DNA of 64,000 nucleotides from contig JACKFJ010000003.1 in assembly GCA_020632535.1 (NCBI GenBank), forward strand, positions 166,166 to 230,165, in the 5' to 3' direction. The stretch is from Candidatus Omnitrophota bacterium (GTDB lineage Bacteria; Omnitrophota; Gorgyraeia; Zapsychrales; JANLHA01). The notes under the pieces are model-generated. The model searched no databases and had not been told where the DNA came from. It saw only the letters and a list, made by a program, of their open reading frames with translations. A program made the translations under genes and the position numbers. Every line of letters starts with the position of its first letter. Position 1 is the stretch's first letter. Below are positions 16,463 through 26,107 of this stretch, piece after piece.

Positions 16463-18859
16463 ATGTATAAAAAAGTCTTACATCCCGAAAGTCCGACAAT
16501 TCTTATCGTTCTGGGGGCCACAGGGGATTTGATTACAAAGAAAATCATTCCCTCTGTGTGCCAACTGTATTTAGATCATCGACTGCCCCAACGCTTTTGT
16601 GTTGTGGGTATGGCTCGACGACCGTTTGCAAACGCGGACTTTCAAAAGCATGTGCAGGACGAACTGTCTCATAAACTTCCTGATATCAAACCCCAAATGG
16701 CGCAGGAAGTTTCACAATTGTTTACGTATCATCAAGGCGATTTTGCTGATCCCCATGCCTTTGCCAGTCTCAAAGAAAAATTAGAAAAAATTGACCTCAA
16801 TTTTGGTGTCTGCACCAACAAATTATTTTATTTGGCTGTGCCACCATCGCAATTTGCGCCAATTCTTAAAAGTATGGTCAAGGTTCGATTAAATATTCCA
16901 TGCGGCGGAAAAATTGGATGGACACGTCTTTTGGTCGAAAAACCTTTTGGTGAAAATACGACTAGCGCAAAAGCCCTTTCGCAATTATTCGCCAAATATT
17001 TTAAAAATGAACAGCTCTATTTCATTGATCATTATTTGGCTAAGGATATTGTTCAGGCCATCATTCATTTCCGTTTTTCCAATAATCTCTTTGAAAAATC
17101 ATGGGACAAGCACACCATCGAGCAAATTGATATCAGTTTAAACGAAACACTCGGGGTTGAAGATCGCGGCGCGTTCTATGATGCCGTTGGAACTTTTCGT
17201 GATGTCGGACAAAATCATCTTTTACAAATGCTTGCGGCAATCACCATGAATTGTCCTTCTGATAATAGCGCCACCAATGTTCGCAATTCGCGCGCAGACA
17301 TCATGGAAACATTAAAACCTTGGACACTGAAAGATATTCGCCAAAAAACATTTCGCGCTCAATATGACGAATTTCTTAAAATTACCAGTGTCAAGCCAAA
17401 CTCTCAGACAGAAACATATTTTAAATTACAAACAGCACTAACACACCCTAATTGGTCAGGGGTACCAATCACATTGGAATCAGGGAAGGCCTGTCCCGCC
17501 GCTAAAAAGCAAGTCATTGTCACGTTCAAACGTCCAAAATCCTCATCGACATTTGATCACAAGTTAAATATTCAAAATCGTGTCATTTTTAATATTGAGC
17601 CGGATGATCGTATTAGTATTCATTTTTGGGCTCCTAAACCGGGACTCGAACAAGAATTAGAAGAGCGCACGCTCGATTTCTTTTTGTATGAACATGTCAA
17701 GAAAATCCAATACGTCGCTGAATATTCCGAATTAATTTTAAATTGTCTGGTTGGGGATCAAAGCATGTTTGTTTCACATCGTGAAATTATGGCGCAATGG
17801 AAATTCACAGATCCGGTCATTGAAGCTTGGCGTAAAAATATCGTACCACTTAATTATTACCAACCCAAAACAGATACGATGATCAAAGACGCAGTCCGTG
17901 TCGATCCCACCCAAAAAGTTGAAACAATGACAAAAACCGTCGGTATGATCGGCCTTGGGAAAATGGGAATGAATATGACACGCCGACTTATGGAACAAGG
18001 ATGGAAAGTTGTCGGTTTTGACCGCTCCGCCCAAGTCGTCGAAGAATTAAAAAAGGAAGGCATGATCCCTGCTTTTTCTTTAAAAGAATTGACGGCAAAG
18101 TTATCCAATCCCAAAATCATTTGGATTATGGTTCCCGCGGGAAAACCTGTTGACGAAGTCATTTTCGGAACAGATGGACTCATTCACGATCTTACGAAGA
18201 ATGACTTTATCATCGATGGGGGAAATTCATTCTTTGAAGATACGATTAAGCGCGCTAAAAAAATCGCGAAAACTGGAATACGTTTCTTAGACTGTGGAAC
18301 TTCTGGTGGACCCGGTGGTGCGCGCAAAGGAGCCTGCCTAATGATCGGCGGCAAAAAGGCAGACTTTGTAAAAATCGAACAATTGTTTTCCGATCTTGCC
18401 TTATCAAATGGTTATCAATTCTTTGAAGGATCGGGCGCAGGACATTTTGTTAAAATGGTACACAATGGTATTGAATACGGCATGATGCAATCCATTGCCG
18501 AAGGATTTGCCATTATGAACAAGAGCAAATACAACCTCGATCTTACGCGGATCGCTGATATTTATAATCATGGCAGTGTAATCGAATCAAGATTAATACA
18601 ATGGTTAGAGGATGCTTACAACATTTATGGTGAGGACCTCAAAGCCATTTCGGGAAAAGTTCAGCATTCCGGCGAAGGAGCGTGGACAGCCGAAACCGGC
18701 AAAAAGATTGGGTTAGACCCAAAAATCATTCGGGAATCATTGATGTTTCGTAAACGTTCGCAAAAAAAACCTTCCTACACAGGTCAAATTGTTTCAGCTC
18801 TACGCGGCCAATTCGGAGGACATCCTGTGTTAAAAAAGAAGAAAGCAAACAATGAATAA
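16463..18859 (+). CDS. zwf/gnd: Fusion of glucose-6-phosphate dehydrogenase (aa 1 to about 480) with a short-type decarboxylating 6-phosphogluconate dehydrogenase (aa 489-798)
   Basis: The Zwf part has LGATGDL, EKPFG and FIDHYLAKD. From M489 (nt 17927) the Gnd-like part has VGMIGLGKMGMNMTRRL, IDGGNS, GTSGGPGG and AGHFVKMVHNGIEYGMMQ. There is no stop or frameshift at the junction. Confidence 0.85.
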   Translation: MYKKVLHPESPTILIVLGATGDLITKKIIPSVCQLYLDHRLPQRFCVVGMARRPFANADFQKHVQDELSHKLPDIKPQMAQEVSQLFTYHQGDFADPHAFASLKEKLEKIDLNFGVCTNKLFYLAVPPSQFAPILKSMVKVRLNIPCGGKIGWTRLLVEKPFGENTTSAKALSQLFAKYFKNEQLYFIDHYLAKDIVQAIIHFRFSNNLFEKSWDKHTIEQIDISLNETLGVEDRGAFYDAVGTFRDVGQNHLLQMLAAITMNCPSDNSATNVRNSRADIMETLKPWTLKDIRQKTFRAQYDEFLKITSVKPNSQTETYFKLQTALTHPNWSGVPITLESGKACPAAKKQVIVTFKRPKSSSTFDHKLNIQNRVIFNIEPDDRISIHFWAPKPGLEQELEERTLDFFLYEHVKKIQYVAEYSELILNCLVGDQSMFVSHREIMAQWKFTDPVIEAWRKNIVPLNYYQPKTDTMIKDAVRVDPTQKVETMTKTVGMIGLGKMGMNMTRRLMEQGWKVVGFDRSAQVVEELKKEGMIPAFSLKELTAKLSNPKIIWIMVPAGKPVDEVIFGTDGLIHDLTKNDFIIDGGNSFFEDTIKRAKKIAKTGIRFLDCGTSGGPGGARKGACLMIGGKKADFVKIEQLFSDLALSNGYQFFEGSGAGHFVKMVHNGIEYGMMQSIAEGFAIMNKSKYNLDLTRIADIYNHGSVIESRLIQWLEDAYNIYGEDLKAISGKVQHSGEGAWTAETGKKIGLDPKIIRESLMFRKRSQKKPSYTGQIVSALRGQFGGHPVLKKKKANNE

Positions 18860-19235
18860 AAAAATCCTCGTTATTGATGATGATGTGGACATTATCAGTG
18901 TTCTTGACCGACGTCTTAGGCAGGCGGGCTATGATGTCGAAGTCGCGGTAAATTCTAAAACGGGTTTACAAAAAGTTACTGACGTTCTTCCGGATCTTAT
19001 TCTTCTTGACATTATGATGCCGGGAATTGACGGCACAAAATTATGCTGGATTCTCAAATCAGGCAAAACGCACAATACCATCCCCGTTATTATCCTTTCC
19101 GCTAAAAGTGCAAATGAAATCCGCACGGCAGCAGAATCCGTTGGCGCTGACGCCTATTTTCAAAAACCCTTTGATCATGTCATTCTTTTAGCGAAAATTA
19201 AGGAATTAATTGAATCTTCCAAAATTAGCAAATAA
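18852..19235 (+). CDS. Stand-alone response-regulator receiver (CheY-like) protein
   Basis: ILVIDDD...DLILLDIMMPGIDG...ILSAKS...KPF, with no output domain. Its start overlaps the zwf/gnd stop by 8 nt. Confidence 0.85.
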   Translation: MNKKILVIDDDVDIISVLDRRLRQAGYDVEVAVNSKTGLQKVTDVLPDLILLDIMMPGIDGTKLCWILKSGKTHNTIPVIILSAKSANEIRTAAESVGADAYFQKPFDHVILLAKIKELIESSKISK

Positions 19236-19249
19236 TAAATCGACTTTTA

Positions 19250-20812
19250 ATGTTTGATTTTCTTAAAAATAATCATCCGAACTTATTCAAAATCTGGACC
19301 CTAACATTGTTAGGGTTATCGTGTTATTTATATTCCATATTCTCACGAAACTTTGCCGAATGGTATATTCAAATCCCCAAACTTGATTTTCCAATCTTTA
19401 TCGGTGAAATCGTATTATTTACAAGTAGTGTTTTAATAATCACGGCAAATTACCGTACCCTATTACCGAAATTGCCAAAATGGTTGTGGCTCCTTTTGGC
19501 GTATGGACTTTGGCTTTTAACAAAAACCATCCTAGGATATTGCTATGGCGGCCCCTTAGCATTACGTACCGCAGCCTTATTTTATTATCCATTATTCGCA
19601 CTCATTGGATATTGGGTTTTTGATACCAAATTTTTTCAAGGCAAAACATTAATTGTTTTATTCACAATTCTTGTCGGAAGTCTTTTACTCAATAAAGTCG
19701 ATTTATACTACATATTTACTTATGGAATGCTTGTTTTAGCAATGAGCATTGGCATTAAAAACAAATGGTTCAAAATTCTCGGTTTTGCCACAATTGCTTT
19801 TCAGTTCTTTTTTCTCCAAGTATTTTGGGCAAACTCGCGATCCCACATGGTTGGGATTACCCTAGGGTCATTTTTCCTCTTGTGTTATTTTCTTTACTTA
19901 AAGGCGAATGTAACTTCAAAAATCAGAATCGGGATCGCGACAATTTCTATCGGCATTTTCATCTTGTGCGCGATTCAATTTTCAGATCCCAACGCGATTA
20001 AACCAACACTGGCAATTGAAAATATTCAATATAGTTTTCAGCAACTTGATTTGTATATTTCAGGTAAAAAGGCCACTTTTGTCCCATTCAAATTAAAATC
20101 TAAAGTTTATAATAAAAATCGATACAACCCATTATACGGAAAAACCAACGAACAACCCCACAGCCAATCAACTTTTAACAGTGATGTCGGGACATATTCT
20201 GATTTAAATGTTTATAATGTCGCAATGACCGATTCTAATTTAAGCCCTATAAACACACCCATAACTACGACACAAATAATTGCACCCACACAACGCAGTG
20301 AAAGTTTAATTCAAAACCCTTTCCCAGCGGAACAACAAAAGTCGTATCGCTCTTCCGAGGTCGCGACAAACAATATTCTTTTTCGTTTATTCATCTGGAG
20401 AGATATGCTCGTGGACCTCAATACACATCATGCTTGGTTTTGGGGAATGAATTTTGGACATCCCCAACGATCAATCTCGCTTGAAATCTTAGACTGGGCA
20501 ACCGTTGAATGGAAGAGAGATGGATGGATTACTCCACACAATTCATTCTTTCATTACATTTACCGTGGCGGCATTGTCGGCATGATCCTCATTTTGGGAT
20601 TTCTAACTTTGCTGTGGCATATGACAATACGATTTATAAAATTAAAATCTCTATGGGGAGGATGCCTCTTAGCAAGCGTCATCTATTGGATTTGCGTTGC
20701 AAATTTTCTTGTCATTCTCGAACTGCCATATAATGCCATACCGTTTTGGAGCTTATTGGGCATGACGTTTGCGTATCTTCACCACCTTGAAAGACATCAA
20801 GAAAGTAAGTAA
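19250..20812 (+). CDS. Polytopic membrane protein, O-antigen ligase/polymerase (Wzy_C)-like
   Basis: About 10 or more TM spans. An ANSRSHMVGITLG loop and a PHNSFFHYIYRGGIVGM motif resemble O-antigen ligase family proteins. A roughly 130-aa low-complexity periplasmic insert is present. Confidence 0.55.
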   Translation: MFDFLKNNHPNLFKIWTLTLLGLSCYLYSIFSRNFAEWYIQIPKLDFPIFIGEIVLFTSSVLIITANYRTLLPKLPKWLWLLLAYGLWLLTKTILGYCYGGPLALRTAALFYYPLFALIGYWVFDTKFFQGKTLIVLFTILVGSLLLNKVDLYYIFTYGMLVLAMSIGIKNKWFKILGFATIAFQFFFLQVFWANSRSHMVGITLGSFFLLCYFLYLKANVTSKIRIGIATISIGIFILCAIQFSDPNAIKPTLAIENIQYSFQQLDLYISGKKATFVPFKLKSKVYNKNRYNPLYGKTNEQPHSQSTFNSDVGTYSDLNVYNVAMTDSNLSPINTPITTTQIIAPTQRSESLIQNPFPAEQQKSYRSSEVATNNILFRLFIWRDMLVDLNTHHAWFWGMNFGHPQRSISLEILDWATVEWKRDGWITPHNSFFHYIYRGGIVGMILILGFLTLLWHMTIRFIKLKSLWGGCLLASVIYWICVANFLVILELPYNAIPFWSLLGMTFAYLHHLERHQESK

Positions 20813-20971
20813 TATCTCCAAAGCGATTACATCTGCCGTTACAAATCCAAAAAGCTTGCGGACAACGCTTTTATATTCCCCCCAAAATAAATCTCGCCAT
20901 CTCTTGTGATTTCTTATTTATGTTGTATCCTTTCACCGAGGGTAAGTCCTTGGTACATATACAAAATCACT

Positions 20972-23900
20972 ATGAAAAAACTATTCAATACCTATATTCG
21001 TGTTTTTATGATCAGCTTTCTTGCCATTGCAAATATGCCGCAAATTGTTGCTGCAGAGCTATTTGTGCCACATTTGCCAAGCCCGGGAACCATGGTCAAT
21101 TTAAGCTCGACATACACTCCCGCCAGCTTAAAAGGCTTAACTATCCACCCCGACAATGCCCTGCAATTTGATTTTTTAATTGAGCAAAGCCAAGAAAACT
21201 TCAATGATGAGCAAAAAAAAGAAGAATACACAAAACTCATCAAGTATTTTTTAGCCTCCTTAACAATTGCCGACAAAGACCAATGGGTCAACTTGTCCCC
21301 GTATGAAAGTGGCCGCATTATCGAAAATAACTTTGGCAAAACGCAAATGGGCCGCGATCTTTTGGCACAAGATTATTTGCTCAAGCAAATCACTTCGTCA
21401 TTGATGTATCCTGAGTCTGACTTAGGTAAGAAATTTTGGAATGATGTCTTTGAACGAGCTTTTAAGGAATACGGCAGTAGCGATATTCCAGTCGATACTT
21501 TTAATAAAGTCTGGATCATGCCCGATGAAGCAGTCATCTATGAAAGCAAAAATACCGCTTTTATTTTAAAAAGCCACTTAAAAGTTATGCTGGAAGAGGA
21601 TTATCTGGCATTGCAGAATCATGAAAAACCAGTGAGCACCACAACGTCCAGCAGTACGTCACAAGTCATTCGCGAAATCATACTCCCAGCTTTAGAAAAA
21701 GAAGTCAACGAAGGGGAGCATTTTGCCCAACTGCGACAAATCGTTAGCGCAATGATACTCGCGACGTGGTACAAACAAGCAATGAAGGAGTCGCTTTTAG
21801 GGCAAGTTTATGCTGACAAAGCTAAAGTCATTGGGGTCGATCAGAATCCTCGAACCAATGATATCATTTACCAACAATATCTCGATGCCTTCAAAAAGGG
21901 CGTTTACAACTACATTAAAGAAGATGAAGACAAGTATACGCATGAAATGATCCCACGAAAGTACTTTGCGGGTGGATTCAATCGATCAATCCCCATAACC
22001 ATTATAAATAACCCCGAATCCCTTGGGAATTACGCGAGTTCTGCGGTTAGAGCTCTTCAAGAAACGAAGCTCCAACGTGTTCCCACAAGTTTGACACCAA
22101 CACGTGCTACCCTAGAAGATCTTGATGAATATGGCCGACCTATCGCAAACAATGATAGCCGTCCCGCACCACTCGTATACGATCCCGATAATTGGTATAA
22201 CAATATTAAAGCTGAAGAAAGTTTAATGCTGGCAGAAAATCCCAAGAATGATGAATATACAGCCTTGGTATTCGCACAAAATATATATGATGATTTTAGA
22301 ATTATGCGACAAGACAGTGGCAATCAGTTGACCGAAAGATATGGAATCATTGATATAAAAACAGGAGAAATTTCATATCAGGATTTTAAAGTGCAACAAG
22401 AAAATGCAGGCTTTATCCCTTTTATAATCACATATGAAAATTCAAAAATGAATTTCACGTTAAATCTTAATCGAGTGCGCTACGCAGAGTTTTATGATAC
22501 AGATTTTAAAATAGAGGCTTTAAAAAGAATCCAAGCCGCGGTTGGTGTTATTAACAACGTGTTTTTTTTCCAAAATGATAAAAATCCAGTCACAACTGAT
22601 GGTCTATTAGATGAGCTAAATGAACTCGTGCCTTTGACTTTGGCAGAAAAAGTTGGACAGGCAGTTCGTGAAAGTTTTCTAAAAGCTACTCAACCCATAG
22701 CCATTTTTGCATCTAAATGGACTTCGGATTTTGTTCGCCGCGTTTTTCATAAAGAACCCCAATCTCAATTAGCGCGTATTCAAGCTCAAAGAGATAAGCC
22801 AAAATCATTTGCGAATTTAGACGATTTGGCAAAGCAGCTAAGCGACTTGTATATCGGTCGTCATTTTTTGCGTAATAAAGATAATATGCTTCCTGTGCGT
22901 ATCGATTTTGCAAAGCGTATCTTTGCGTGGGGCACTTATATTAATGATATTGGCGGTGAGCAGGTGCTCATTGCTCGTGATAAAAATTTTATGATGCAAG
23001 CTCTCCGAGATAATCAAGTTAAATCCGATATCGCCTCTAAAGCACCGCATGAGCGTTTTCAAAGCGAAATTAATCTGAGCGTAAATCTAAACGCTTTAAA
23101 TGATGTTTATATCAAAACCGAAATCGAAAACTTAAAATTACGACAAAGGGAAGAAAAAAAAGAAGAACAGCTGCGCACCGCGGCATCAAAACCAGAAAAT
23201 GATGTCGCGCCACAAAACATAAAAGAGAGTAATACTCCGTGGAGATTAGACGATATTTTACAAAACGAGGAGATTAGGGTTACTTTGACTTTAGATGAGC
23301 AAAATAATAATTCGGAAATACAAAAAATCGTGCGCCACATCAGTAATATTGTCTATAACCGAATCAATCAAAGCGGATCAATTTTTAAAAGTTTTGTGGA
23401 TGCGAGAATTTTTATTATCAATAATGTTCACTACGAAGCCAATATCGTAAAGAAGGATAATATTGTCCAAGTCGTGTTCGTGCAACCAGCATATCTCAAT
23501 TCGAGTACCAGCTCTTTTTTTGATAAAGTCAATAATGAACTTAAAAGTGCCCTGCAAATCAAAGGAAAAGACATACCCAAAACTGAAGGCTCAAATCTTC
23601 ACTTAGCCCGTCTTGATGAAGGTACACCGATTACACTCCTCACATATAATAAAGATGCTGGTGTCGTATGGTATCAAGCAGTCATGAAATACGGCGAAGT
23701 TACAATTGCTGAACTCAAAAAATCAGGACGTTTTGAAGAAAATTATGGACAAGATACTATACCTCTTGCTGATTTTTATCCTCCCGAATTAAAAGCACTC
23801 CCAGCACAAGAACAGGATCTACAAAGAGGGAATATTAATAAAATGTTGGCGCGCTTACAAGCTAAAAAATTGATTACCATTAATTCATCTCCTGAAAACG

Positions 23901-24346
23901 TTCTAACCAAACCTCGTCTGGCCGTGGAAGAAGTCTTTCGCGAATTAGCGAAAACGCCAACGATCGCGAATATAACTCTTGAGCAACGCTTGCAATTGAT
24001 TGAACATATTATTGAGCAGTTTAAAAAAGGCAGGCAAACGGATTCGCCAATTTCACTCGCATCTTTTACAGACAGCAATGGTCTAACGTATTTGGAAGTC
24101 GTAGGAGCCGAGCAGGTCACAGAATATAATCCAAGAGAGTCATATGGTGGTATCGATTTAACTGCCGCGAATCTTGACTTGGAAATCAAACGTGATGGCT
24201 TAGGAATTGCCTTACCATTGATACAGCAAGATATGAAATTATTAAATCGTGTTGAAGGTTTTGAACCCTATATTATTGAAATATTGCCAGTTAAAGATTT
24301 GCCCATTCTGACCGAAATCCAAGAAAGAATCAACTCAACATCGTAA
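20972..24346 (+). CDS. Large secreted protein (1124 aa), no domain recognised
   Basis: The start was moved to ATG 20972, giving MKKLFNTYIRVFMISFLAIANMPQIVAAE (signal peptide). The ORF is long and uninterrupted. The C-terminal segment is YGGIDLTAANLDLEIKRDGLGIALP.... Confidence 0.7.
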   Translation: MKKLFNTYIRVFMISFLAIANMPQIVAAELFVPHLPSPGTMVNLSSTYTPASLKGLTIHPDNALQFDFLIEQSQENFNDEQKKEEYTKLIKYFLASLTIADKDQWVNLSPYESGRIIENNFGKTQMGRDLLAQDYLLKQITSSLMYPESDLGKKFWNDVFERAFKEYGSSDIPVDTFNKVWIMPDEAVIYESKNTAFILKSHLKVMLEEDYLALQNHEKPVSTTTSSSTSQVIREIILPALEKEVNEGEHFAQLRQIVSAMILATWYKQAMKESLLGQVYADKAKVIGVDQNPRTNDIIYQQYLDAFKKGVYNYIKEDEDKYTHEMIPRKYFAGGFNRSIPITIINNPESLGNYASSAVRALQETKLQRVPTSLTPTRATLEDLDEYGRPIANNDSRPAPLVYDPDNWYNNIKAEESLMLAENPKNDEYTALVFAQNIYDDFRIMRQDSGNQLTERYGIIDIKTGEISYQDFKVQQENAGFIPFIITYENSKMNFTLNLNRVRYAEFYDTDFKIEALKRIQAAVGVINNVFFFQNDKNPVTTDGLLDELNELVPLTLAEKVGQAVRESFLKATQPIAIFASKWTSDFVRRVFHKEPQSQLARIQAQRDKPKSFANLDDLAKQLSDLYIGRHFLRNKDNMLPVRIDFAKRIFAWGTYINDIGGEQVLIARDKNFMMQALRDNQVKSDIASKAPHERFQSEINLSVNLNALNDVYIKTEIENLKLRQREEKKEEQLRTAASKPENDVAPQNIKESNTPWRLDDILQNEEIRVTLTLDEQNNNSEIQKIVRHISNIVYNRINQSGSIFKSFVDARIFIINNVHYEANIVKKDNIVQVVFVQPAYLNSSTSSFFDKVNNELKSALQIKGKDIPKTEGSNLHLARLDEGTPITLLTYNKDAGVVWYQAVMKYGEVTIAELKKSGRFEENYGQDTIPLADFYPPELKALPAQEQDLQRGNINKMLARLQAKKLITINSSPENVLTKPRLAVEEVFRELAKTPTIANITLEQRLQLIEHIIEQFKKGRQTDSPISLASFTDSNGLTYLEVVGAEQVTEYNPRESYGGIDLTAANLDLEIKRDGLGIALPLIQQDMKLLNRVEGFEPYIIEILPVKDLPILTEIQERINSTS

Positions 24347-24397
24347 CTCACAAGTGATTCAATAGCATTTAAGTCCACTAAGATTCCGCAATCGCAA

Positions 24398-24426
24398 TTG
24401 CCTTTTCCTTGAGAAGCATCTATAAT
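24398..24426 (+). promoter_or_regulatory. Candidate sigma70-type promoter, TTGCCT-17-TATAAT
   Basis: -35 at 24398-24403 and -10 at 24421-24426, 46 nt upstream of the channel gene start. Confidence 0.4.
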
Positions 24427-24472
24427 CCCTCTTAACGATTAAGTCCTTCCTAAAAATAAACCCAAGGGTATC

Positions 24473-25270
24473 ATGATTTGGCGAGATCATTTACGCAGTA
24501 TTGTCGATGAATCAAAAACACACTTCGGCCGTTTGTTTGATGTCATTGTTTTTCTTACAATCGCATTAAGTGTCGTCGTTGTCATTTTGGAAAGTATTCC
24601 ATCCATTGCCGTAGTCTATGGACCATTATTACGGCTTCTTGAATGGATCATCACCATTTGGTTTACAATCGAATATATCATGCGGTTAATAACCGTCGCA
24701 AAGCCTCTAAAATACGCGACAGGGTTTTATGGTCTCGTTGATCTTCTAGCCGTCATCCCAACATATTTAAGCCTGATCTTTGTCGGGACACAATCATTAA
24801 TGGTATTTCGTGCCTTTCGCTTCTTACGCATTTTTCGTGTATTCAAACTTACACGCTTTGTCAGTGAAGCCTCGACACTCATGATTGCGATGAAAGCAAG
24901 CCGCCAAAAAATCACTGTTTTTATGTGCGTGGTTCTTGCCATCGCGCTTGTCATGGGCACATTGATGTATATGATCGAAGGTGAGGTCAATGGGTTTTAT
25001 AGTATTCCGGATGGAATTTATTGGGCAATTGTAACAATGACAACCGTCGGTTATGGTGATATGGCACCACTTTCATCCCTAGGGAAAATTCTGGCATCAT
25101 TCCTAATGCTCATCGGATATTCGATTATCGCGATCCCAACCGGAATCGTTTCGGTCGAAATTGCAGCCGCACACCGTGTCGGGATAGAATCCCGAGTGTG
25201 TTCAAAATGCACCCGACAAGGACATGAAAGAGAATCTTTATTCTGTCGGTTCTGCGGCGAAAAACTTTAA
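24473..25270 (+). CDS. Six-TM voltage-gated-type K+ channel with a C-terminal zinc-ribbon
   Basis: S4-like RAFRFLRIFRVFKLTR, selectivity filter TTVGYGD, and a C-terminal CSKC-x11-CRFC. Confidence 0.8.
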   Translation: MIWRDHLRSIVDESKTHFGRLFDVIVFLTIALSVVVVILESIPSIAVVYGPLLRLLEWIITIWFTIEYIMRLITVAKPLKYATGFYGLVDLLAVIPTYLSLIFVGTQSLMVFRAFRFLRIFRVFKLTRFVSEASTLMIAMKASRQKITVFMCVVLAIALVMGTLMYMIEGEVNGFYSIPDGIYWAIVTMTTVGYGDMAPLSSLGKILASFLMLIGYSIIAIPTGIVSVEIAAAHRVGIESRVCSKCTRQGHERESLFCRFCGEKL

Positions 25271-25321
25271 TGAATCAAATTTAACAAAACAATTTAATAA
25301 CACATTATTAGGAGGTTTGAC

Positions 25322-25768
25322 ATGAAGAAAAACTCAACACAAACATGGATTATTGTTTTATCAATTCTAGCAATCACAATGGCTTTCGCATTATTGATGT
25401 CTAAGAAAAACCAATCCGGTCCTGAAAAAAGTTTAGAATTTGAATACCAACAGGCTAAAATGGCCGCTCAGTCATCACCAATTACCACGCCATTACCAAC
25501 CGTTGAAACCGTTATCCCTACGGCCGTATCGTCCGAATATCAATACGTAATTCAAATTATCTCACTTAGTGATCAGATGAAAGCAGAGGGTGTTTTGACC
25601 AAATTAACAAGTGCCGGTTTTACAGGATATGTCGCAAAGACTGACCTCGGTCAAAAAGGCGTGACGTATCGCGTATTTGTCGGGCCATTTATTTCCAAAG
25701 ATGACGCCGCGACAAAATTACCGGACGTTAAAGCCATTTATAAAGATGCCTTTATTCTTCGCATTTAA
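25322..25768 (+). CDS. SPOR-domain (peptidoglycan-binding) membrane-anchored protein
   Basis: N-terminal TM span. The C-terminal YVIQIISLSDQMKAEGVLTKL...GYVAKTDLGQKGVTYRVFVGPF matches the SPOR pattern. Confidence 0.7.
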   Translation: MKKNSTQTWIIVLSILAITMAFALLMSKKNQSGPEKSLEFEYQQAKMAAQSSPITTPLPTVETVIPTAVSSEYQYVIQIISLSDQMKAEGVLTKLTSAGFTGYVAKTDLGQKGVTYRVFVGPFISKDDAATKLPDVKAIYKDAFILRI

Positions 25769-25804
25769 AAAAACTATAAAACCTTATCTACACAAAGGAT
25801 TTTA

Positions 25805-26107
25805 ATGTCTCATAGTCACGAAGCTACCATTGCAAGCATCATCGGAATCATCCAAAAGATGAAACTCAAACACGAAGTCACAAACATCACCTATCGTACG
25901 GATTACCAAGATTATCAATTATTATTTGGTGACACGCACCACTGTGAAATTCAAGAAAAAACCATTAATGATGTTATGGTTTTTAAAAATGGGGATGCTT
26001 TGCGACAAATTCAATTTTTATTAAACCACCTTACCGCTTGGCAAGATTGGGAGAGACCCAGTCAAAACGATACACCAAATGAAAAGATTTCTCTCGACGA
26101 TGAGTAA
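25805..26107 (+). CDS. Hypothetical protein
   Basis: 100-aa ORF in its own slot, overlapping the next gene start (ATGAGTAA). No motif recognised. Confidence 0.35.
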   Translation: MSHSHEATIASIIGIIQKMKLKHEVTNITYRTDYQDYQLLFGDTHHCEIQEKTINDVMVFKNGDALRQIQFLLNHLTAWQDWERPSQNDTPNEKISLDDE

